Below are positions 20,704 to 29,402 of a stretch of 64,000 bases of DNA, piece after piece. This DNA is from Chitinophaga pinensis. GTDB lineage: Bacteria > Bacteroidota > Bacteroidia > NS11-12g > UBA955. The translations under genes were made by a program, and so were the position numbers. How positions within the stretch are numbered: position 1 is the stretch's first letter; each line of letters starts with the position of its first letter. The DNA is taken from NCBI GenBank assembly GCA_945877575.1, contig CAMDUE010000002.1, forward strand, positions 197,861-261,860, written 5' to 3'. The notes under the pieces are model-generated. The model made no database searches and was not told the DNA's origin. It saw nothing but the letters and a program-made list of their open reading frames with translations.

Positions 20704-21487
20704 TTCTAAATTTATCAAAAGGCAACTTGAACTTTTGAATTTAGTATTTGGAAAGAATTCTTTTTCAAGTAATTTTTTAAATTGGTTGTATCATGAGAAT
20801 CCAAATGGTAACATATTTGGTTTTGATGCATATTATAGAGAGAAATTAGTAGGTCATTATGCTACAATTCCTGTCTATTATTTTTATGGGAATAGAACTA
20901 TAAAAGGTCTTTTATCTCTAAATACTGCAACTCATCCAGATTTTCAAGGAATGGGTATTTTTACTAGATTGGCGAAATTTACTTACGACGTAGCCCAAAA
21001 AGAAGGTTATAATTTTGTGATAGGCGTATCAAATAAGAATAGTACATATGCTTTTATTAATAAACTTGATTTTAAATTAGTGAAGCCACTTGATGTGTAT
21101 ATTAATTTTTTTACGCGTTCACATAATACAAAAGTCAAAATTAATTTTGGAGGACAAAGAAATTTTGAATTTACTAAATGGAGACTATCAAATCCCAAAA
21201 GCAGTTATTTCGATTGTAAGGATATGGTGGTAAGCAAAAAGTATTTTGGATTATTAACAATACAAGTTTCCAAAAATTCAAGGGTAATTGAGCTGGACAA
21301 ATGTAATTGTATTATACTGCTTAGTGTAGGTATCAATAATCATCCAAAATCATTATTTTCGTTTAAATTACCTGAGTTTTTAAAACCTTCTCCTTTAAAT
21401 TTAATAATTCGCTCCCTTTCTACTGATTTTGCAATTCCAAACCATAATGAAATTTTATTTGAAAATTTTGATTTTGATGCTTTTTAG
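20660..21487 (+). CDS. GNAT-fold acyltransferase (FemAB-like?)
   Basis: GNAT motif A FQGMGIFTRLAKF. Confidence 0.45.
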   Translation: MRDSSEIIYQRISADSKFIKRQLELLNLVFGKNSFSSNFLNWLYHENPNGNIFGFDAYYREKLVGHYATIPVYYFYGNRTIKGLLSLNTATHPDFQGMGIFTRLAKFTYDVAQKEGYNFVIGVSNKNSTYAFINKLDFKLVKPLDVYINFFTRSHNTKVKINFGGQRNFEFTKWRLSNPKSSYFDCKDMVVSKKYFGLLTIQVSKNSRVIELDKCNCIILLSVGINNHPKSLFSFKLPEFLKPSPLNLIIRSLSTDFAIPNHNEILFENFDFDAF

Positions 21488-21564
21488 ATTCTGATAAGAC
21501 ATTTGTTTCGAGCGCAATTTTTTAGGTTAGAGAATTACAAAGTATGTTTCCATATTTGATAATA

Positions 21565-21599
21565 TTTGTTAAGTACTGCAAGAGATTATTGTATTTTTG
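21565..21599 (+). promoter_or_regulatory. Candidate Bacteroidetes sigma-A promoter (TTTG ... TATTTTTG)
   Basis: TAnnTTTG-type -7 element TATTTTTG at 21592-21599, about 27 bp upstream of the ATG. An upstream TTTG is present, but the spacer is slightly long. Confidence 0.25.
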
Positions 21600-21625
21600 A
21601 TATTTTACACCACTAAATTATAAAC

Positions 21626-22516
21626 ATGCAAAGCGTATCTATAATTGTTCCTTGTTATAATGAACAAGATAATTTGCCAAAGTTGATTGATAAAATCGCT
21701 AAATTCATTTCAGATAACAAAGATTACTATGTTATTTTTGTTAACGATGGTAGTAAAGATAATACATTGGAATGCTTGAAAAACAGTATTAACGAAAAGT
21801 TTGTAATAGTTTCGCATTCGAGAAACAGAGAATATGGTGCGGCTATAAAAAGTGGAATATTATCTGCAGAAACTGATTTTTGTATTACAATTGACGGTGA
21901 TGGTCAACATGATTTGCAAGACATACCAAAAATGTTAAATCAATTATTGGAATCAAAATCCGACATGATTGTTGGTAATCGAAATGGGAAGGGTTCTAGT
22001 AGTTTTAGGAATCTTGGAAAATGGATGATCCGTAAGTTTATTACAACCATGACAGATTTGTCAATTGAAGATGTTAATAGTGGAATGAAGTTATATAGAA
22101 CGGAAGTTGTAAAGTCACTGATAAAGTGGGCACCTAGTGATATGTCCTTTTCAGAAACAATAGTAATTTTACACAACCATTTTCGATATAAGATTTCAGA
22201 ATTGGAAATTAATATTTTCAATAGGGAAGCTGGGAAGAGTACAATAAACATTAATACAGCAATTAAAGCAGTAAAGGAAATTGTTTTTTTGCTAATTAAT
22301 TTCTTTCCATTTCGTTTCTTCTCGTTAATAGGAACTATTTTTTTCATATTTGGCCTGTTCTGGAGTTTGCCATTTTTAATAAACGGTGAAGGATTGACCA
22401 TTGGTTCAGGTTTTATATTCTCGAGTTGTGTATTAATCTTTTTATTAGGAATAATATTGCAAACTTTGACTCGTATGAAGTTTGAAGATTATTTACATGT
22501 TAATAGTAAGGTATAA
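21626..22516 (+). CDS. Polyprenyl-phosphate glycosyltransferase, GT2 (GtrB/ArnC/DPM1-like)
   Basis: VSIIVPCYNEQDNLPKL...FVNDGSKDNT...DGDGQHD. Two C-terminal TM helices as in GtrB/ArnC. Confidence 0.75.
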   Translation: MQSVSIIVPCYNEQDNLPKLIDKIAKFISDNKDYYVIFVNDGSKDNTLECLKNSINEKFVIVSHSRNREYGAAIKSGILSAETDFCITIDGDGQHDLQDIPKMLNQLLESKSDMIVGNRNGKGSSSFRNLGKWMIRKFITTMTDLSIEDVNSGMKLYRTEVVKSLIKWAPSDMSFSETIVILHNHFRYKISELEINIFNREAGKSTININTAIKAVKEIVFLLINFFPFRFFSLIGTIFFIFGLFWSLPFLINGEGLTIGSGFIFSSCVLIFLLGIILQTLTRMKFEDYLHVNSKV

Positions 22517-22599
22517 TACTATTGTGTAATTTATGATAAATTCATTCATAATTTATTAAAAGGTTTATTTTTAATTCAAATGAAATCTGATAACCTATT

Positions 22600-23961
22600 A
22601 TGAATCACAGGTGCTTACATATTCTCAATCGTTTTGGATTTGGCACTAGCATTCAATTTTTGCTGAATTATGAATTATCTGATTTACTGATTGATGAAAA
22701 TAAAATGAAATTTTGGTTGATTAATGAAGTTCCGGAATTTGTAGAAATAGAGAAAGTCAACAAAGAATTTTCAACTGAAGCAAAAATAGGCTCAAATGAA
22801 AAATGGAGAAAAAGATGGCCTGATGCAGCTGTGAGAACCGATTGGATTCAATTCATGGTTGAATTAGAAAATCCTCTTAGAGAAAAAGCTGCGCTATTTT
22901 GGAATCATGTAGTACCGATTTCAGTGGGGATTTGGGGTTTTGCACAGAATTTATTGATAGATTCATACCGAAAGAATGCTTTTTCAGATTACAATGTGTT
23001 ACTGAAGGATGTTTTAGCCTCACCTTGCGCGATGAAGTTTCTAAATGCCTATCATTCCAAAAAAGATAATCCCAATCAGAACATGCCCCGTGAATTGCTT
23101 GAACTGTTTACGGTAGGTATTGATAATTACGGTCAGAATGATGTTTTGGAAATTTCGAGAGCTTTTGCTGGCAGAAGAACAGTAAATCCGGATAATTTTA
23201 AAGTCCCTTATCCTTATCAACTGTATATTGATGAAAATAATTCAGACAGGGGGGAGAAGACTATTCTAGGTCAAACTGGAAATTGGGATGGAAATGACGC
23301 AATCGACATTCTCGTAAATTCAAAACATACTCATGAGAGAGTTGCTCATTTATTTATGAGGTTCTTTGTTTCAGACAAACCAAAAGATGAGCATGTTGAT
23401 GAATTGGCAGCATTTACATTTTCTAAAAATAGAATTAATTTTATTGATTTGGTTCAATACACAATCAATTCAGAATGGTTCTTTCGAGATGAATATATTG
23501 GAAATAAAGTAAAAACACCCGTGGAACATTGGGTTGGATTTCAAAAAAAGATGGGATTAAAAGTTTTAACCAGCGAATTACATTCAAATGTATTAAGACA
23601 GTTTGGTCAGGATGTATTTTTCCCCATAAATGTTGGTGGATGGCCTTGGGGTGAAGGTTGGTTAAATGGAAATTTACTCATAAACAGAGTGTTTTTACCC
23701 AAAGCAATTTTAGAAATCGCCCAAGAAAATCAACAGGAAATAGAAATGTCTTTCTCTGAAAAGGTAACATACAGAACATTCAAAAAACACCTATTGGGAA
23801 TGCGATTTGAGAGTGCTGTGTTATTGAATATCAGAGAAGTTATAAATATTCTCAAAGAAAATAATGTTAAGTTGTCCAGTTGGGTCTTGTCTAGAAACAC
23901 AAGTTTAAAAAACGACGAAATTAGTTATTTAATTACTCATCAATTATTTCAATATCATTGA
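22600..23961 (+). CDS. DUF1800 family protein
   Basis: HILNRFGFGTS and ELFTVGIDNY...ARAFAGRR motifs characteristic of DUF1800. Paired with the downstream DUF1501 gene. Confidence 0.6.
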   Translation: MNHRCLHILNRFGFGTSIQFLLNYELSDLLIDENKMKFWLINEVPEFVEIEKVNKEFSTEAKIGSNEKWRKRWPDAAVRTDWIQFMVELENPLREKAALFWNHVVPISVGIWGFAQNLLIDSYRKNAFSDYNVLLKDVLASPCAMKFLNAYHSKKDNPNQNMPRELLELFTVGIDNYGQNDVLEISRAFAGRRTVNPDNFKVPYPYQLYIDENNSDRGEKTILGQTGNWDGNDAIDILVNSKHTHERVAHLFMRFFVSDKPKDEHVDELAAFTFSKNRINFIDLVQYTINSEWFFRDEYIGNKVKTPVEHWVGFQKKMGLKVLTSELHSNVLRQFGQDVFFPINVGGWPWGEGWLNGNLLINRVFLPKAILEIAQENQQEIEMSFSEKVTYRTFKKHLLGMRFESAVLLNIREVINILKENNVKLSSWVLSRNTSLKNDEISYLITHQLFQYH

Positions 23962-25076
23962 AAAGAAGTGCATTCATAAAGATAGTTGGGAGTGGCGTTG
24001 TTGCAGGGTCAATCGGTTCAATGTTTGAATCCTGCTCTGTAAATCAGACCAAGAAATATTCTGATGATGTATTGGTAGTAGTGAGAGTGAAAGGTGGAAT
24101 GGATGGATATCATTTGATTTCTCCTAAGGAGAATGATTTGCTCCTAAAATTACGGCCCAATATTCAAAAGTCTATTGAACAAAAAGGAATAAATTACCGG
24201 AATAATTGGTTTATAAATCCAAATTTTGCTGTAATAGCAGATCTAAATGAGAAGGGTTGGCTTCAAATCATCCCAAATGTTGGATATTCTGATTATAATA
24301 GATTGTCTCATTTTAAAGCACAAGATTATTGGGAAACAGGAAGTGTTGTAGGTGATAAAGTTCAACATAGGACGGGGTGGGCTGGAAGGTTAGTTGATAA
24401 CAATATTATTCAAGTTAATGGGAACAAATCACCTATTTTAATAATTGACAATGAGCAAACATTGTTTGATAAAGGAGAAAATAGTTCAGGAGTGTATTAC
24501 ACCCCATTTAATACCTATTCTAATTTATTTCCCTTAGTTGAGGATTGGATTAATGAGAATAAAAATAGCTTAGAGAATAAGCAGATTTATCAGAGAGTCG
24601 AAGAGCAATATAGAATAAATCAATTATTAAAAGAAACAAGTCCAAATTCTGTGTCGTCCAAGGATATGAAGGGAAAGTTGGATCAGATTGCTGATTGCAT
24701 TGAGAAGGAATTGCCGTTTAGGGTATACAATTTAACTCAAAGTGGATATGATACTCATCACAAACAGACAATTAGATTAGAGCCATTAGCCTTAGACTTA
24801 TTCAATGGATTAAATCAATTTGCCGAGCGTCTTCAACAGGGAAATAATTGGGGGAGAGTAAAGGTATTGGTATACACTGAATTTGGAAGGACAATTGCTG
24901 AAAACAGTAATGGCGGAACAGATCACGGAACGGCAAATCATACATATTTATTAGGTGGTAATCTTGGAGATAAATGGTTAAATCCTTCTTTTGAATTTAA
25001 TACAATGAAAATTGCGGGTAATGATTATTTGACAATCAATGAGGATTTTAGAGAAATATACAAGAGTTTAATTTGA
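23958..25076 (+). CDS. DUF1501 family protein (sulfatase-like, Tat-signal-like N-terminus)
   Basis: NGGTDHGTANHTYLLGGNLG motif. N-terminal MKRSAFIKIVGSGVVAG. Confidence 0.6.
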   Translation: MKRSAFIKIVGSGVVAGSIGSMFESCSVNQTKKYSDDVLVVVRVKGGMDGYHLISPKENDLLLKLRPNIQKSIEQKGINYRNNWFINPNFAVIADLNEKGWLQIIPNVGYSDYNRLSHFKAQDYWETGSVVGDKVQHRTGWAGRLVDNNIIQVNGNKSPILIIDNEQTLFDKGENSSGVYYTPFNTYSNLFPLVEDWINENKNSLENKQIYQRVEEQYRINQLLKETSPNSVSSKDMKGKLDQIADCIEKELPFRVYNLTQSGYDTHHKQTIRLEPLALDLFNGLNQFAERLQQGNNWGRVKVLVYTEFGRTIAENSNGGTDHGTANHTYLLGGNLGDKWLNPSFEFNTMKIAGNDYLTINEDFREIYKSLI

Positions 25077-25081
25077 TTTAG

Positions 25082-26116
25082 TTATTCCATTCTCTCCCAA
25101 GTGCTTTTTAGAACTTTTGTTTTGAGGCCGTGTTTTTCGGCGAGGTAGCGCGCGAAGACGGCAGAGTAGCCGTGGGTGACGGAAATGGTGTGGGCTTCGG
25201 TGGCGAGGCAGGCGGTTTCGAGTTCTTGGAAGTCGGCGTGGTCGCTGAGAACGAATCCGCGGTCAAAGTTTCCCCAACGGCGGGAACCGCGAAGGGCCAT
25301 CCAGCCGGAGCAGGAAATTGTTAGGTGACGAGGGTCTTGTGGCGAGGGACTGGTGTCTATATTTTGGGTGTTAGGGGTCGGGTGTCGGGATTCGGAGGGG
25401 GTCGGGTTACGGGAGTCGGTGGGGTTGCTGGAGATGAGGATGTGCTTGGAGGTGGGGCGTTGGTTTTTGGTGGTAGGGTAAATGGGGGGAAGGAAGATAT
25501 TGAAGCCGTCACGGTTGAGGGCTTGGGTTGTGTCGGCGATGGTTTTGGTGACGTAGAGGGGGAGGTCTTGGAGGTGATGGATGAGACGCTGGGCTTTTCC
25601 GAGGGAGTAGGCTGAGATGATGAGGTTTTCATCGTTGTTGTGGAAGTATTCGCGGATGTCGTTGAAGATATCGGCTTGGGGTGTCCATCGAAAAACGGGG
25701 AGTCCGAAGGTGCTTTCGGTGATAAAGTGGTGGCATTTCACGGGTTCGAATGGGGTGGAGATGCCGTCATTGTTGAGTTTATAGTCCCCCGAAACGACCC
25801 AAATTTCGCCTTGATGTTCTAGTCGGATTTGCGCGGAACCGGGTATGTGTCCGGCGGGATGAAAGGAAATGTTGACGCCGTTGATGCTGATGGTTTGGCT
25901 GAAGGGAAGGGTTTGGAGGGAGATGTGTTGACCGAGACGGAGTTTCAGGATGTGTTCGTTGCCCTGGGCGGCGAGGTAGTGTTTGTGGTTGGGTCGGGCG
26001 TGATCAGCGTGGGCGTGGGTGATGAGGGCTTTGTTGACGGGCTTGTGGGGATCTATGTAGACATCGGCGGCGGGGCAGTAGAGGCCGGATGGGGTGGAGG
26101 TTAGTAGTTGGTACAT
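25082..26116 (-). CDS. Ligase-associated DNA damage response exonuclease (MBL-fold)
   Basis: GLYCPAADVYIDPHKPVNKALITHAHADHA N-terminus and HxHxDH metallo-beta-lactamase motif. An ATP-dependent DNA ligase gene lies nearby. Contains an in-frame low-complexity insert. Confidence 0.7.
   Translation of the reverse strand: MYQLLTSTPSGLYCPAADVYIDPHKPVNKALITHAHADHARPNHKHYLAAQGNEHILKLRLGQHISLQTLPFSQTISINGVNISFHPAGHIPGSAQIRLEHQGEIWVVSGDYKLNNDGISTPFEPVKCHHFITESTFGLPVFRWTPQADIFNDIREYFHNNDENLIISAYSLGKAQRLIHHLQDLPLYVTKTIADTTQALNRDGFNIFLPPIYPTTKNQRPTSKHILISSNPTDSRNPTPSESRHPTPNTQNIDTSPSPQDPRHLTISCSGWMALRGSRRWGNFDRGFVLSDHADFQELETACLATEAHTISVTHGYSAVFARYLAEKHGLKTKVLKSTWERME
25325..25480. repeat. G-rich heptamer array (GGGTGTC/GGGATTC/GGGTTAC ...) embedded in-frame in the exonuclease CDS
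   Basis: Seen directly. Encodes TDSRNPTPSESRHPTPNTQ... on the minus strand. Confidence 0.7.
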
Positions 26117-26160
26117 GGTAGATGGTACATGGTAGATGGTAGATGGTACATGGTAGGGGG
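26101..26160. repeat. GGTACATGGTAGATGG hexamer array at the exonuclease start
   Basis: ggtacatggtagatggtacatggtagatggtagatggtacatggtagggggtagggg. Confidence 0.8.
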
Positions 26161-26171
26161 TAGGGGATATT

Positions 26172-26210
26172 AAAAAAACCCCGAGGTGTTGCCCCGGGGT
26201 TTTTTGTTTT
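26172..26210. terminator. Bidirectional intrinsic terminator hairpin
   Basis: A7-CCCCGAGG-tgttg-CCCCGGGG-T6. The 8-bp stem has one mismatch. The element lies just downstream of the S46 peptidase stop on the minus strand. Confidence 0.6.
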
Positions 26211-26222
26211 TGGTGGGTTTGG

Positions 26223-28391
26223 TTATTTCACCAAGGTCATTTCGTTGACGATGTTGGTGGCGCCGCCGAGTTTGTCGATGATGAACAACACGTAGCGTAT
26301 GTCAACGGAGATGGTGCGCTGTAGGGCGGGCATGAATCCGAAGTCAGAAGCGATGGCTTCCCAGTTTCCGTCGAAAGCAATTCCTATAAGCTCGCCGCGG
26401 CCGTTGATGACGGGTGAACCCGAGTTTCCGCCGGTGATGTCGTTGTTGCTCAAGAAGCAAGCGTGAAGATCGCCGGTAGTGGGGTCAGCGTATTGGCCGA
26501 AGTCTTTGTTTTTAATTAATTCTATCAATGCATCTGGTGCGTCGAATTCGAAGTCGCCGGGGATGTATTTTTCCATGATGCCGCGAGAAGAGGTGTAGTA
26601 GTTGTACTTTACCGCGTCTTTGGCGTTGTAACTTTCAATGGTTCCGTAGCTCAAACGCATGGTGGCGTTGGCATCAGGAGCGGTTACTTTTTCGGGATAC
26701 ATTTCCGCTTGAGCGGACAAAAACAAACGGTTAGCGCGGTCCAAACGACTGTTGATGTCAGCGGTGATAGGCGCTAAGTCTTTGCGTAGGATGCTCACAT
26801 AGCCGTTTACGATGGCGAACAACGGATCTTTTGCAAGTGCAGAAGCATTAGCAGAAGACATTAATTTTTTGAGCTTTACAGGATTTGAGAAAGCGCTCTT
26901 TGCCCAAACTTGGTCAGCCATTGCTTGGTAGTTTTTACCGTGCTTGGCAGCTAATTTCTTCAAATTTTCAGGCAGGTATTTGTTGTCTAAATCCTCCAAA
27001 AAGTGGCGGAAAATCACTGCAATTACTCGGCGTTCGATGTCGGAGTTGAATTCTTTGTAATTTTCGTCAATGCCGGCAGCAAATTCTGCGGACATGGCTT
27101 TTCCTTTGTCGTTGGTTTTGTCAAGAAGGGCTGTGTAAATGCGCATGGCTTGCATGGCATTCATCATGGGCACGCTGTTGGCGATACCATCTTGAAGGTA
27201 GACAGAGTATAGTCCGTATTTGTTAAGGTCTTCGTAGGCGCGGTCGTAAAGGGAGGTCACTTCACCGTAAACTTCTTCTTTTTTATTGTCGCGAACCCAC
27301 TGTTCGAAGGCGCGTTCTTGAGCTTTGCGGCGGGCGTAAATTTCGGGTTTAGAAAGTTCTTTCGCTTCACCGTTGAACTTGTTCCAGTAGTTTCCGATGC
27401 CGGCCAATTTCGCAGAGTACATCAAGCGTACGTCTTTGTCAGCCTTCATGTAGGTTTCGTAAACGTCCATGATGTCGCGGCGCAATTGCACACGCATTGG
27501 ACGCTCTTTTCCTGCCAAGTATTTGATTCCCTCGGAATAAGTATAGCGGGTGGTGCGGCCGGGATATCCCATGGTCATAGCAAAATCACCTTCTTTCACG
27601 CCTTTCAAGCTCACCGGAAGGTAGTGCTTGGGGGTGAAGGGCTTGTTGGACGTGCTGTAATCAGCGGGCTTGTTGTCGGCACCTGCATAAACGCGGAACA
27701 TAGAGAAGTCGCAGGTATGGCGTGGCCATCTCCAGTTGTCGGTTTCACCTCCGAATTTTCCTACGTTTTCTGGGGGAGTACCCACCAGGCGGATGTCGCG
27801 GTACACCTCGTAGTACATAGCAAGGTATTGGTTTCCGTTAGAGAACACGGCGATATCAACTACGTAGTTCTTTTTCTCGTCGCCAAGGGCTTCAACCAAC
27901 GCATTTTGGGTGGCTTTGAAGTTTTCGGCAACGGCTTTGGTGCGAGATGCTTCGTCTTGGTTGATGCTGGTATTTGCAAGAACGCGGCTGGTAACGTCTT
28001 CAATTTTGCGGAGCAGTCCGATTTGGAAAGCGACTTTACGCTCTTCAGATTGGGACTTAGCCCAGAATCCGTTAGAAAGGATATTGTCTTGAGGGGTAGC
28101 GATGCTTTGGATGGCATCATAACCACAGTGGTGGTTGGTGAGGAACATACCTTGTGAGGAGATGATTTCACCGGAGCAGAACATTCTGCCGTTTTGCATG
28201 AGTCGAACGATGGCATCTTTGGTAGAAGCATTGTTTATGGAGTAAATATCTTCTGCGGAGAGTGTCATTCCGCGGGCCTGCATTTTATCTTGAATTTTAG
28301 ACAAGAGGGTCAGTGGCCACATCCCTTCATCGGCGCGCAAGCTAAGGAAAGAGGTTGCGGCGAGTAATAAACTGAGGAATTTTTTGCTCAT
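26223..28391 (-). CDS. S46 family dipeptidyl-peptidase (DPP7/DPP11-like)
   Basis: Signal peptide then ADEGMWPL. TNHHCGYD (His). GGNSGSPV (Ser). 722 aa. Confidence 0.85.
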   Translation of the reverse strand: MSKKFLSLLLAATSFLSLRADEGMWPLTLLSKIQDKMQARGMTLSAEDIYSINNASTKDAIVRLMQNGRMFCSGEIISSQGMFLTNHHCGYDAIQSIATPQDNILSNGFWAKSQSEERKVAFQIGLLRKIEDVTSRVLANTSINQDEASRTKAVAENFKATQNALVEALGDEKKNYVVDIAVFSNGNQYLAMYYEVYRDIRLVGTPPENVGKFGGETDNWRWPRHTCDFSMFRVYAGADNKPADYSTSNKPFTPKHYLPVSLKGVKEGDFAMTMGYPGRTTRYTYSEGIKYLAGKERPMRVQLRRDIMDVYETYMKADKDVRLMYSAKLAGIGNYWNKFNGEAKELSKPEIYARRKAQERAFEQWVRDNKKEEVYGEVTSLYDRAYEDLNKYGLYSVYLQDGIANSVPMMNAMQAMRIYTALLDKTNDKGKAMSAEFAAGIDENYKEFNSDIERRVIAVIFRHFLEDLDNKYLPENLKKLAAKHGKNYQAMADQVWAKSAFSNPVKLKKLMSSANASALAKDPLFAIVNGYVSILRKDLAPITADINSRLDRANRLFLSAQAEMYPEKVTAPDANATMRLSYGTIESYNAKDAVKYNYYTSSRGIMEKYIPGDFEFDAPDALIELIKNKDFGQYADPTTGDLHACFLSNNDITGGNSGSPVINGRGELIGIAFDGNWEAIASDFGFMPALQRTISVDIRYVLFIIDKLGGATNIVNEMTLVK

Positions 28392-28413
28392 GGTGCGAAG
28401 ATAGTAAAAATTA

Positions 28414-28560
<147 letters not shown>

Positions 28561-28642
28561 CGGATAGTGTGGGGAAGTGGTTTTATGTTTGCGGTTTGAA
28601 GGCATGGGATATTTGTACGGATAAAATACGTACATTTGTTGA

Positions 28643-28933
28643 ATGGAAAATAAGATGGAACGAATTGAGTTGAGGGTGAGCAAGTCGGAAAAAATGATAT
28701 TACAGCGGGCGGCAGAAATATTGGGTTTCGGGTCATTGAGTGCCTTTTTATTATCGGAAGTTCGTCCTAAAGCAGAGGAGGTAGTGAAGAGAGAGAGTAC
28801 AATAAGATTAAATTTGGAAGACTCTTTCAAGATCATGGAGTATCTTGAAAGGGGGGAAGTGGAGAATGGTGCTTTGAAAAAGGCGAGGGAAATGTACGGT
28901 CAAGTGGTGAAAGATGAAGGAATTCCGATTTGA
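28643..28933 (+). CDS. DUF1778 family antitoxin (TacA-like, RHH)
   Basis: RIELRVSKSEKMILQRAAEILGFGSLSAFLLSE. 96 aa. Overlaps the downstream GNAT gene by 20 bp. Confidence 0.7.
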   Translation: MENKMERIELRVSKSEKMILQRAAEILGFGSLSAFLLSEVRPKAEEVVKRESTIRLNLEDSFKIMEYLERGEVENGALKKAREMYGQVVKDEGIPI

Positions 28934-29402
28934 GAAACTGGATGTAAAAAGGCACGACAGAAAATCATTTGTTTCTGGAAACGAAGAATTAGATCAGTTT
29001 TTTCAAACCCAGGCCAGACAGCAAATGGAGAAGCGTTTGAGTGTCTGCTTTGTCATGTTAAATGGCGGATCAAAAATTATTGGATTTTATACATTAAGTT
29101 CTGCAAGTGTAGAAGCAAATGAAAGTAGAATTTCGAGTTCAAAATATGTAAGCTTACCTGTGGTTTTGATTGGTAGACTGGCTGTACATTCTCAGTTTCA
29201 AAAGCAGGGTTTAAGTGGATTGATGTTGGTTAATATCATTGAAAGAGTTAGAAAATTATCGGAGAGTGAAATTGGGGTTAAGGGCATTTTCGTTGAGCCC
29301 AAATCCGAGGAAATCTCATTGTACTACCTTAAATATGGATTTTTGAAGCTGGAAAAAGGGGTGTTTTATCCTTTCGGTAAAAATTCAAGTAATTCTGGAT
29401 AA
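28914..29402 (+). CDS. GNAT family acetyltransferase toxin (TacT-like)
   Basis: 162 aa GNAT, translationally coupled to the DUF1778 gene. N-terminal KLDVKRHDRKSFVSGNEELDQFF is typical of TacT/KacT. Confidence 0.7.
   Translation: MKEFRFEKLDVKRHDRKSFVSGNEELDQFFQTQARQQMEKRLSVCFVMLNGGSKIIGFYTLSSASVEANESRISSSKYVSLPVVLIGRLAVHSQFQKQGLSGLMLVNIIERVRKLSESEIGVKGIFVEPKSEEISLYYLKYGFLKLEKGVFYPFGKNSSNSG

Noticed and set aside
25325-25480. Intein or self-splicing element interrupting the exonuclease
   Set aside because: The insert is only about 50 aa of P/T/S/N-rich low complexity. It lacks the Cys/Ser-His-Asn splice-junction blocks and a homing-endonuclease domain. It is explained by the in-frame repeat array.
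26161-26222. Small RNA between the S46 peptidase and the exonuclease
   Set aside because: The only structure there is a single hairpin with flanking A/T runs. That is sufficient for a bidirectional intrinsic terminator, and there is no evidence for an independent transcript.
27318-28157. 279-aa plus-strand ORF antisense to the S46 peptidase, and similar antisense ORFs within wbpM (16829-17335, 17543-18001), the exonuclease (25130-26104) and the ligase
   Set aside because: Each is entirely contained within a strongly supported gene on the other strand. The regions are GC-rich, which suppresses stop codons. No family resemblance was found.
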